Below, in pieces: positions 54,010 through 64,000 of a DNA stretch of 64,000 nt (position 1 is the stretch's first letter; the number at the start of each line of letters is the position of its first letter). The notes beneath the pieces are model-generated. The model did no database searches and was not told the origin of the DNA. It saw nothing but the letters and a program-made list of their open reading frames with translations. This stretch comes from Azolla caroliniana. Taxonomy: Eukaryota; Plantae; Polypodiophyta. The translations under genes were made by a program, and so were the position numbers. The stretch is from positions 3,720,001 to 3,784,000 of the forward strand of contig JBHGNT010000002.1 of assembly GCA_043228905.1 (NCBI GenBank), given 5' to 3'.

Positions 54010-54795
54010 ATCTTATATGTATAGAAAACAAGGTTCTTTAGTCACTTCTATTTCTATTTATTTACTGGTTTACTTAGTTACATTTATTTTGACTTGTTGT
54101 CCTCAAGGATAAGATAACATTTTAAGATGTAATTTCTTGTTTGGTCTTATAGATAGGCCTTTTTGGAATCTAATGAACACTATGTTTGTCATTGTATAAT
54201 TTTTTATGAAGTAAGAGGGAGATACCACTGCAGCTTTGGGCAAGTGCTTTGGTCCACTACACAAGGTAATAGAATATGAGGACCAACAATGCTTGGGGCT
54301 TTTCTTGCTAGAACTCAAGATACACAAGGAAAAGTTGTTGAAGGACAATAACACAACCACACAAGTTTGTTAACCAAGAACAATCACAACTTTCTTTAGC
54401 CCCACCACTCCACTCATGCTACAAGTCAATCAAGGGCTACACAAATGGACTCCCAACCAATACATAGCCAAGGGGTTACAATAGATCGGGCAATAGCAAT
54501 TTGCCGTGTACGTAGGCCCTAGCCTCATGAATCACAATCATTCTGGATCGACCTATGCTAGAGGTCTCTCAAAGACAAAACTTACAATCTATCTGACTTG
54601 AGAACTTATTATATGTACCGATAAGAAGATTCTTTAGTCACTTTTATCTTATTTACTTATTTACTTAATAACACTTACTTTGGCTTCTTGTTCTCAAAGA
54701 CAAGATAACACTTAAGATGTAATCTCTTGTTTACTCTTATAGGCCAATTTGGCCTCTTACAAGACATTAATATATCTTTCTTTGTTTCTTTCTTC
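54010..54795 (+). mobile_element. LINE family B 3' fragments in the opposite orientation
   Basis: Plus strand reads ESNEHYVCHCIIFYEVRGRYHCSF and GPLHKVIEYEDQQCLGLFLLELK. Ends aagacattaatatatctttctttg. Confidence 0.7.
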
Positions 54796-55162
54796 TGAAG
54801 CGTTTATAGGCTGGGTTACTGCATATGAAGTTTTCCTTGCCATCAACCTCTCTACTACATAAGCTGCAAGCCTTTCGACAAAGTTATGCAAAGTGCTCCC
54901 GATTTGATATTTTGGTGGTCCTAGAGAGAGTCTATCTTTGGCGTCTTGGGTCATAGAGAAGCACTCAATGGTTCCTGTAAATGTGAATCCTAGATAGATT
55001 TAGGAATTCAATGTCAAATTGCCCACATGCTATAGTGAAGACAATTTCTTAGCGAATGGTGTGAATGTGTGGAAAATCATGGTGTCAGTCTCTCCCAGCT
55101 TCATTGCGAACCCTTGTCTACAAAAACCATATAGGGCATAGTTGGTAAACCAAAATGTCATG

Positions 55163-56748
55163 TGTTAGAATCTTAATTAACATTAAGCAAACTTAAAGAG
55201 GAAAATAAGAAAGAAAGGGCGCTAGTCCACCCGACCACCCCCTAGCAAAGGTGAGAGATGGATCCAAGTCCCCCGTCAGTGTCCCATACGATCATGTACG
55301 GACATGGATCGTACCTTGGGTTCGAAGAAGAAGGAAGCACACGTGTATGAAGCTAGAGCTTTGCCACACTATCAAAGTCTCTATCTCAAAACAATAAAGA
55401 AAAGAGATGCCCCTTCTTGAAGGTAGCTAGCCTTCTTATATAGTCTCAAACCCTAGACCCTTGTGTATGTTTCCCACTTGGTTGCTTTTTTAATAAAAAG
55501 TAGCCAGGTGATGAAACACTCAAGTAATCTCTCACTGTAGGATTGAGATAACTCAATCCTCACCCTTCATCCTTACAAATTAACCCACAACTACAATTAC
55601 GGTTATGCTCTTAACATACCCCCCCCCCCCCCCCCCCGTCTAAAAGATTGCATGCTTGCAATGAAAAGTCAGGGAAGTTTGTTTTAAGAGCATCTCGTCG
55701 CTCCCAAGTAGCATATTCTATAGAACAATCTATCCATTTAATTTTAAACACTTGAATATACTTATAATGTAAACTTTTAGTTTTTGAATCGAGAATTCTT
55801 TTTGGCTTATGAGGTTTAGATGACAAATCCTTAAAGCTATCCAAAGTTTTAATAAAAACTCAATTATTAGTAGGAGTTATTTGGGACAACTAACATGGAA
55901 GACATGATGAACTTTGATGCCAGTTGGAAGGTCGAGGCGATAGGCAGATGAACCAATACGCTTGAGGATTGTGAAAGGTCCACAAAAAGCACACTTACCC
56001 ATAGATAATGTCGTAGAGTCACGAGGCACATGCAAGAACAAATACATGGGGTTGTCGATGCTGGTCAGCATAAAAGCGAGCTCTATCCTGAGCCGTTTTT
56101 ATATTGTCTCAAGCTATATGCAACGTATCTTGCACATCCCTTAGAAAATTTTGTGTAGTGTGTAGCTCATCACGATGAATGTTGACATCGACCGGGGCAC
56201 ATGGCTGAAAATCATGCATCAACATAAAAGGTCTATATCCAGTCAATGTATGTTTGATATTTGTAACCATAGTTGTGGGCTAATTTGTAAGGATGAACGG
56301 TGAGGATTGAGTTATCTCAATCCTACGGTGAAAGATAACTTTAGAGTATTTAATCTCTTGGCTACCTTTTATAAAAAAAGAAACCAAGTGGGAAACACAC
56401 CCAAGGGTCTAGGGTTTGAGCCTATATAAGAAGGCTAGCTACCTTCATGAAGGGGCATCTCTTTTCTTTATTTTTTTTAGATAGAGGCTCTGATAGTGCG
56501 GCAAAGCTCTAGCGTCATACATGTGTGCTTCCTTCTTCTTTGAACCCAAGGTACGATCCATGTCTGTACACGGTGGTATGGGACACTGGCAGGGGACTTG
56601 GATCTGTCTCTCACCTCCGCTAGGGGGTGGACTGCGCCCTTTCTTCCTTAGTTTCCTCTTTACTTTTACTTAACGTTAATTGAGATTCTAACAGTTCTTC
56701 ATCCTTTCAAATTAGCCCACAACTACGGTTACAGTTGTGCTTGTAACA
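55163..56748 (-). mobile_element. Ty3/Gypsy chromovirus remnant: 3' LTR, PPT, integrase GPY/F and chromodomain, rearranged 5' LTR
   Basis: LTR 55163-55616 (TG..CA); G-run PPT 55619-55637; chromodomain KPKRILDSKT..FKIKW..EYATWE (55611-55844); GPFTILKRIGSSAYRLDLP..HHVFHVS (55877-55990); inverted LTR 56262-56693; LTR end 56696-56748. Confidence 0.85.
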
Positions 56749-57228
56749 TTACGGGTTCTACCCCTATATACCACATACCCATCTTGTAAATTAGAGAGAT
56801 TTGAATCCATGTATTCACATGTGTGTAGTAGAAGGTCAAAATGATCTGTGTGACGAAAGTTACAGCAATTTTACGTATATGATACCAATGCCATTTGAAA
56901 AGCTAAAGAAAAAAATAGTACCAAGGTCAACACTTCTCTTTGCACTTTCTCCTGTTGCACGTGTTTGACCCCAAAGCAATATTTAGTGTTACATCACATT
57001 TGCCATGCCAATTTTCTGGTGTGACACTTGCCTTTTATGTTTTAACATGATCTTGTCCTTTATTATTGTATAGAAATACAAACACCTTTTTATCAACTAG
57101 ATTCAATTGTTTTTACTTAGAGAAGCTCCACATTGCCAGACTTTAGACACAGGATCACCAAAAAGTCTTTATGGATTTGTGAAGTTTTCCATCCTTCTTG
57201 GATATATGAAGAGCTTAGGAGGAGAAAA

Positions 57229-59229
57229 ATGTTTGATGGAGAGATACAGATAGGTAACATCATCAATGAGAGTCAAAGGCATGATTTCACCTTTGTGGAT
57301 TTACTGAAGGCATGTGCCAAGAAGAAAGATCTAATTGAGGGAACCAAATTACATGCCGATATTCTGGAATGGGGCTTACTTGAAAGAGAGTTAGTTGTAA
57401 AGAACCCTTACTTAGCTAGTGCTTTGATCAACATGTATGCCAAATGTGGTATGCTTACAAAAGCACGACAAGTGCACGAAGAACTTCCCGTTCGAAATAT
57501 ATACACTTGGAATGCAATGATTGGAGGATACGTCCAGCAAGGTGAAGGTTATGAAGCATTAAACTATTTTGAACAGATGCAAAAGGAGGGTTTCTCTCCG
57601 AATGTGATTACTTTCCTTTGTATCCTGAAGGCTTGTGGAAGCACGAAAGATTTAGACAAGGGTAAACAAATTCATGAGGAGATTGCTAATAGAACTCTTC
57701 TGGAGCAAAATAATCTTGTGCTTGGCACTGCTTTGGTGGATATGTATGCGAAATGTGGTGCACTTGCGAAAGCACAAAAGCTGCATGATAAGCTTCTTGT
57801 TAGAGATGTCGTCTCGTGGTCGGCATTAATTTCAGGGTATGCTAATCAAGGACAAAGTGATGAAGCATTAATTGGTTTTGATCGTATGAGAGACGAAGGC
57901 ATTTCTCCGAATTCTGTAACTTTCCTTTGCATTTTGAAGGCTTGTGGCAAAAAAGGAGCTATAGATAAGGGTAAACAAATTCATGATGAAATTGAGAATA
58001 TGAAGCTTCTGGAGAAAGATATTGTTCTGGGTACGGCGTTGGTGGACATGTATGTTAAATGTGATGCTCTTGCAAAAGCACGACAAGTTCTTAAAGAGCT
58101 TCATGTTCGAGATGTAGTGTCTTGGAATGCATTAATTGCAGGGTATGCCCAGAAAGAACTATGTTACGAAGCATTTGACTGTTTTGAAGAGATGCAAAGC
58201 GAGGGTCTGTCACCAGACTTAGTTACTTTTACCTGCATCCTAAAAGCTTGTGGCAGCATAGGAGCTATTGAAAAAGGGAAACAAATTCACTACGAGATTA
58301 TTAGGAGGGGATTGCTCAAGAAAAATGGCACAATTGGAAATGCTTTGGTGGATATGTATGTGAAATGTGGTATGTTTGTAAAAGCACATGAAGTATTGGA
58401 AGGGTTTTCTATTAGAGATGTGGTCTCTTGGTCGGCAATAATCGCAGGGTATGCTCAACAAGGGCTAGGCCATGAAGCATTGAACTGCTTTGAACTGATG
58501 CAAAGTGAAGGAGTCTCTCCAAATGTGGTCACGTTTATTTGCATTTTGAAAGCATGTGGCAGCACAGGGACTATTGGCAAGGGTGAGGAAATCCATAGTA
58601 TGATTGTGGATAAGGACTTGCTTAAGAAAGATATCATGGTTGGCAATGCTTTGGTTGATATGTATGCAAAATGTGGTGCTCTTGCAAGAGCATACCAAGT
58701 ATTAGAAGAGCTTCCCATGCGTGATGCAGTGTCTTGGTCTTCATTAATAGCAGGATATGCTCAGAAGAGGCAAGGTTATGAAGCACTGGAATGTTTTCAA
58801 CACATGAAAGATGAGGGGCTTTCTCCCGATGGAGTCACTTTACTTTGTGTTTTAAGTGCATGTAGCCACTCAGGGCTATTGGATGAAGCCCAAATGTGTT
58901 TCATGTATATGAATAAAGAAACCAGAATCACACCAAACCTAAAACACCATATGCATATGGTGCTTGTTTTGGGATGTTTGGGATATTTCAATAATGCAAT
59001 GTCCGTGATCAAGACAATGCCATCCTCTGAATATGCTCCAGTTTGGCTTGCACTGTTGGACTCTTGTAAGAAATTGGGGAATGCAAAGTTTGGGAGACTA
59101 GCATTTGATCATACGGTGGGCCTTGATGATACTTGTACTCCAGCTGATGTCTTTATATCTAATTTGTCTCTAGCTTCAGCCTTGGATATTAGGACATCTC
59201 CCTTATTAAGGTTCAGAGATAGATTATGA
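57229..59229 (+). CDS. PLS-class pentatricopeptide repeat protein with a partial E-type C-terminus (probable organellar RNA-editing factor)
   Basis: Uninterrupted ORF (open from TTG 57133, first ATG 57229) with repeating P-L-S triplets (ALVDMYAKCG.L.KA / RDVVSWSALI.GYAQ / PN.VTF.CILKACG), then LSACSHSGLLDEA, HHMHMV.VLG and VWLALLDSC (E1). No DYW domain seen. An upstream exon is possible. Confidence 0.92.
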   Translation: MFDGEIQIGNIINESQRHDFTFVDLLKACAKKKDLIEGTKLHADILEWGLLERELVVKNPYLASALINMYAKCGMLTKARQVHEELPVRNIYTWNAMIGGYVQQGEGYEALNYFEQMQKEGFSPNVITFLCILKACGSTKDLDKGKQIHEEIANRTLLEQNNLVLGTALVDMYAKCGALAKAQKLHDKLLVRDVVSWSALISGYANQGQSDEALIGFDRMRDEGISPNSVTFLCILKACGKKGAIDKGKQIHDEIENMKLLEKDIVLGTALVDMYVKCDALAKARQVLKELHVRDVVSWNALIAGYAQKELCYEAFDCFEEMQSEGLSPDLVTFTCILKACGSIGAIEKGKQIHYEIIRRGLLKKNGTIGNALVDMYVKCGMFVKAHEVLEGFSIRDVVSWSAIIAGYAQQGLGHEALNCFELMQSEGVSPNVVTFICILKACGSTGTIGKGEEIHSMIVDKDLLKKDIMVGNALVDMYAKCGALARAYQVLEELPMRDAVSWSSLIAGYAQKRQGYEALECFQHMKDEGLSPDGVTLLCVLSACSHSGLLDEAQMCFMYMNKETRITPNLKHHMHMVLVLGCLGYFNNAMSVIKTMPSSEYAPVWLALLDSCKKLGNAKFGRLAFDHTVGLDDTCTPADVFISNLSLASALDIRTSPLLRFRDRL

Positions 59230-60559
59230 GGCGTTGTCAAAATGATGTTTGCATTCTTGAAGTGCGGACATAAGCGAGGGTGGAATTAAAAAGTCAGTCC
59301 TAAAAAACAACTCAAGGAAGAGTTTTTAGGGTTACTGGATTTAAATATGGTTTGAGAGACCCAGAAGGCAAGCATAGATAAGAGGCATCAAGGGCTTTCA
59401 TGATGGTCTAGTGGTAAAGCTTGTGTCCAACGGTAATGCACAAGATGAGTCACCAGTTATGATGCCTATTTTCGCACTGGTTGTGAATGAGTAAAAAGTT
59501 ATTTGGTGAATACTAAATTGGTGAACCAAAGGCCTCTTCATGAATTTGTGCTCAAGCTTTGAGTTTGCTTTCACTCACTGGATATCCTTGGTAATGACAT
59601 GATAAAGAGAAAGGGTGTGGCAGGCTGAATCAAGCATCAAAGCACAATAGCTGAATAATTTGTAAATTGAAAAGCATTAGCTCGACCTTTGTAAATTGAG
59701 AATATGCTGATAATCCAAGCATCGGATCATTGTAAACTGGTGCTAAAACAATATGCGAATTTACAAAGGTAAATTTTTTCATAAATGGCCGAATTTAGGA
59801 AAGGCTCTAGACAAGAGAAACCTTGGGAATGCAACCAAAGAAGACTACAACTGTTCAAGATTTATATAGCGGCTATGGAAGTGATCATTGTCATTTGAGG
59901 ATATTAGCAATCTCTATCTATCCTTTATAAAAATAGCATTGTAACCACTCACCCCGATGTGCCATTGATTTCTTATCAATCATCTTACTATCTAATCATG
60001 GCACGTGAGCAAGAAGTCAGACCAGAAGGATATATGCGAAGGAAACCCAACATGCCATACTACCATAAATATCATGTTAGAAGACTAAATTCTATACTCA
60101 TCAAAGGACAACTTGCAATCTTAACATGGCAATGTTGCACTACAAACTGTGTGCAATCAGGAGAGAACAATGATGACTTCACCACTCCACAACATTAGCA
60201 CAATATAGTTTCCAAAAAGATTTATTCTATAATATGAGAGAATCAAAGGAACACAAAAAGGAAATACTAGCTGAGTTGACTACTAGTTTTAGGCCATCAT
60301 ATGAGAGGATTAACCATATTGTGTGGGTTAGTGGGAAACATCAAATGCATTTGTTTTATTTTTATAAATGAAACTAAAAAGAGTGCTTGTTACATCAAGT
60401 CAACATCTTTGAAGAAAATGGTGCCATACCTCAACGTCTTGTCACATTTTAAACATACATAAGGTTATTCCATATAAAAGGCATCATTCAATATATCATA
60501 AGTTAGATATTAGCTTCAAATTGTTATGCTTTCTTTTAAATAATTGATAGTTAATATCT

Positions 60560-61350
60560 TTAAACAGTTGATCATGGCCCACGAGGTGGTGGCCTATGTG
60601 CTTGGCATAGTACGTAAAATTCGTGTTCGTTTAGTATAACATTCGTTTTCCTATGTTGGAAAACGAATGCGAATGTTATCCAAACATTCTTGTGTTTTTT
60701 TTGTTTTTTTCCCATTTTTTTAATGTTTTTTTTTTCTATTTTTAGGCTTATCTACCTCATAATAAATAGTTAATCCAAAAGTATGGTATTTATCATTCTT
60801 TGAGGGTGTTTTTCTTTCACGAATGATTGAACCATTCACGAATGCGAAATGCACGTATGGGACGTATGGTTCATACTATGCTTGGCATATTGTGATTGCA
60901 ATGTCCTCATGGGAGCTCATTTGTGTAGCCCCTTGATTGACTTGTATAGCATGAGCATGAGTGTTGGAACTAAAGAAATTGTGATTGTTCTTTGTTGTTA
61001 AGCTTGCGTGGCTGAGATGTTGTGCGCCAAAATTTCTCCATGTGTATCTTCAATTTTAGCAAGAAAAGTCCCAAGCACATTAGGTCCTCAGTTTCCATAA
61101 TCTTACGTAGTGAGCTAGAGCCTTGCTTAAAGAGGATGGCATTTCCCTCTTACTTCATAGAAAACAATACAATGGCAAACATAGTATTCTTTAGATTCCA
61201 CTCCCTAATGAAAAAATTGGCAATTCGTGTATAGGTATTTGTGCATATCTCACCACCTCAATCTCTAATTATTCGAAAGAAGTTTGCAACAACCTATCAT
61301 ACTATGCAATGCATAGGATAGATGCATGTCCATATAAGAGAGCCTAATGA
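60560..61350 (-). mobile_element. LINE family B fragment carrying the TIR element insertion
   Basis: Minus strand reads NCQFFH*GVESKEYYVCHCIVFYEVRGKCH. The shared 3'-UTR motif gccccttgattgacttgt is at about 60928. Confidence 0.65.
60606..60880. mobile_element. Complete ~275-bp non-autonomous TIR element (CATAGTAYG termini) with 5-bp TSD CTTGG
   Basis: cttgg|catagtacg...ggttcatactatg|cttgg, with internal cgaatgcgaat motifs. Same element as the split copy at 22753/26741. Confidence 0.85.
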
Positions 61351-61899
61351 TGAATCTATCCTCTAAAGTGTCTCTAAAGGGTCAATATGTGATCCAAAGT
61401 TGTGGGGCCCTTCCAAAAGCCTACTTTCCCTGCTAAATAGTAGCCATTTCTCTCTACCCATATACTCAAATTTGAATTACATTAGCCATATAGTTTAACC
61501 AAGTAATGACCAATCAAGATTTTGCTATAATTTCTTTGCATCATGGGTTTCCAACTCTTAAAGATTTGCACAACAGTATGTTCTGTGCAAAAAGTGAGGA
61601 AACCTTCACACTAGCTCTATTAAATATGTGTGCTAGCAATACAAGCAAGATGTCACAACCATATATAAAGTGCTCACCAATTAATCCATCATGATCTTGG
61701 GCCTTCCTAAATTGTTATTGATAAATGGTGTTTCTTTCATTCTGAGTAAAAAAGCTAGATTCATTTGGGTGTGAACCATGTGCATGAAGTGTGGGTGGAT
61801 TGGGGTTATCATGTAGTACTTTTGCATATTCATGCCCCACTTTAGGTGAGGTCACTTGTTTGTAGGTTGCCTCTCATTAAACATTCTCCAGACAACTTT

Positions 61900-64000
61900 A
61901 TTCTCGTCCTACAAACAACCACTACTATGATATTCAAACTTAGTTAAATAGGATCTCTTCTTCTTCCTCGTGAGACATTGGAAGGTTTCTCTTGCTTGTT
62001 TGTGAGTAATAAGTATAAATCCCCCGAGTTACGTCACAATCCAAGCATCTCCTTGTATCACGATATTCCTCATCATACAAATTGGTTTGTATGGTTGGGT
62101 TCATTTCTCATTGTGTGCGTGTGGCTGCGTTATACAATGAGTTTGACAAATCCTTTGTAACTTTGTCTAGAGGTGCGAAAGGATCCAATTCTAGAATGCA
62201 ATTATATATTCCACAACAATACACATCAACTGTTTACCCAATAAATTGGTATTTAGCCAATCCACTATCCTTATTAGCATATATCCCTTGTACATCCATC
62301 CTTCACCTCAAAGCATATATACATGATCCACTGCCAAGCCAATAGGTCTACCCAATATAGTGCATTTTGTTATTTCAAGCATAAGAGACATAGATATCCC
62401 ATCAAGTAATCAACTATGTTTGCACTTCCTTTGGGATTCCAACATTTCAAATCATCTAATTTAGGCCATTATGACAAACCATGTTATATATCACAAATCC
62501 ATGCGCACTTCCCTAGGCTAGAAAGTGTTTGCCATATTGTGTTACTTCACTCATGTCTTGATCTTGTCGCTTTACTTCTTCCGTAATAACTTCTCCATAC
62601 ATAGCCTCATTGGTTGTCAAACAGAGTTGTTTGTTCATCCTTGGTTTAGTCATGATAGATTTGCACATTGAAGTCTCCTAGTATATCATGCATAACAACA
62701 AATCTTATGGTATCATCATTTAAATAATAGATATGATGATTCTCTAAGAGGTTTAAATCTTGGAAAGTAACAAATCGCAATGTATTGTTGCCTTAAGTCC
62801 CTTCTTTTGATTTGTATCCACATATAGTATGCATTTACACCTTATGCACAACATGCCCTCTATCATGAAGCTCTTTTCTTGACAACCCTAAACCCTATAT
62901 TTTTTTCCACACTTCAAAGCTTTTTTCTTTTCCATATCCATAAATCGGAGGGTCAAGGTATTAGCTCTAGACTCATCCCTTCTTACTCTCTAGGCCAAAG
63001 CAAATGGAATATCTAATGCCCCCCCATATTTGTTCTAAGATTCTTGGTATCTGCTTGTGAGCTTCCTTTTTTAGCCTGACCAACCACTCATACATGTAAG
63101 ACATAAGCCTTCCTTTTGGTTTCTTCTTCAAATGTAGCATTTGTGATTTCCATATTATCCACTAATGTTCCTTTTTGCCTTTTCATCACCTCTATCCAGG
63201 TAGAATTAGCTTTAATTTCTTTGAGAGTATGCTCATCTTGAGCTTTGGCACTTTGGCCATCTCTACCCATGTTTGTATTTCCTTTCACAGTGTCTTTTAT
63301 TTTTGATGCAAATGGTCATTAACACTCCCTCCTTCCATGAATTCTATTTTTTGATCGAATGAAACGTCATGAGAATCTTTCAGATAACAAGTACAAACAC
63401 AAAATGTAGTCAACAAAAATTAATCCAAATATTATCACTTCTAACAATACATAAATTGGGAGGTCGGGCGACATTATTGTGGCGAATTTTCCTAAACTAT
63501 AGAGATGCATTTTTCCACATCTTTGTGTCTTGTTAAATTGACTTTAATAGCTATAGTTCGATCTTATTTGAGGATATTTCATTCTATAGGTACAATGACA
63601 TGTCATCTTTAAGCCCTTAAGTTTGATTTCTTTATGAGACTTCTGATGTCTTTTTATAGGCATCCAACTCTTTTTCTGTTTCTCTAACTCCTTTTGCCTT
63701 TCCTCTTTTAAAGTTCCTTCAATGTCGTCTCTCATACTGATACATTTGATATGTTGCATAATCTAATGATTTAAGATATCACTTTTCCCTTTTTCAACAT
63801 TTAATGGAACTTGCATTTTCAGTGGCTTGTGCACTCTTCCGACACCACTTAGGTGCTCCAAACTCACCCTTTTCTAAATCTATGGTATCTTATTGGGGTC
63901 TTCTATATATTTGGACCATCTTTATGCCTATTGTAATCCATATCTTCATTCCTTGTCCATTTGAGATCCATGGTATTCTAAAGCTTGGATAGCGAGTGCA
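61900..64000 (-). mobile_element. Degraded hAT transposase (BED finger, DUF659 and dimerization-domain traces)
   Basis: Minus-strand traces in the right order: LEHLSG (BED-like, about 63850), CMSGWSG (cf. IMSDGWTD, about 63085), LRFVTF (cf. TRFAT, about 62770) and RKKKRSYL (cf. SKKRNRL, about 61960). Confidence 0.5.

Noticed and set aside
57868-59012. Minus-strand ORFs within the PPR gene
   Set aside because: Antisense shadows of the repetitive PPR coding sequence.

Overview
Land-plant nuclear DNA, AT-rich and full of repeats. The PPR motif style suggests a fern, but that is an inference. Four protein-coding host genes are supported: a NAT11-like nucleobase-ascorbate transporter (minus strand, runs off the window start), a clade-D PP2C phosphatase (minus, 4 exons), an OTU5/OTUD6-like deubiquitinase (minus, 2 exons, 5.6-kb intron filled with TEs) and a PLS-class PPR protein (plus). 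The rest is mostly transposon-derived: two related Ty1/Copia LTR elements arranged tail-to-tail, a chromovirus (Ty3/Gypsy) remnant with an inverted LTR copy, two families of degraded LINEs, hAT transposase relics, small TIR elements and several tandem repeats. I found no clearly new multi-gene system. The most unusual structures are: (i) a tandem array whose unit holds two convergent tRNA-like (Pol III A/B box) modules, which was then hit by a CATAGT-ended TIR element, itself carrying a Copia insertion; (ii) a ~430-bp inverted LTR pair just upstream of the PPR gene; (iii) a TTAGGG telomere-type tract that encodes a Pro-Asn repeat in the PP2C. All coordinates were read by eye, and relic boundaries are approximate.
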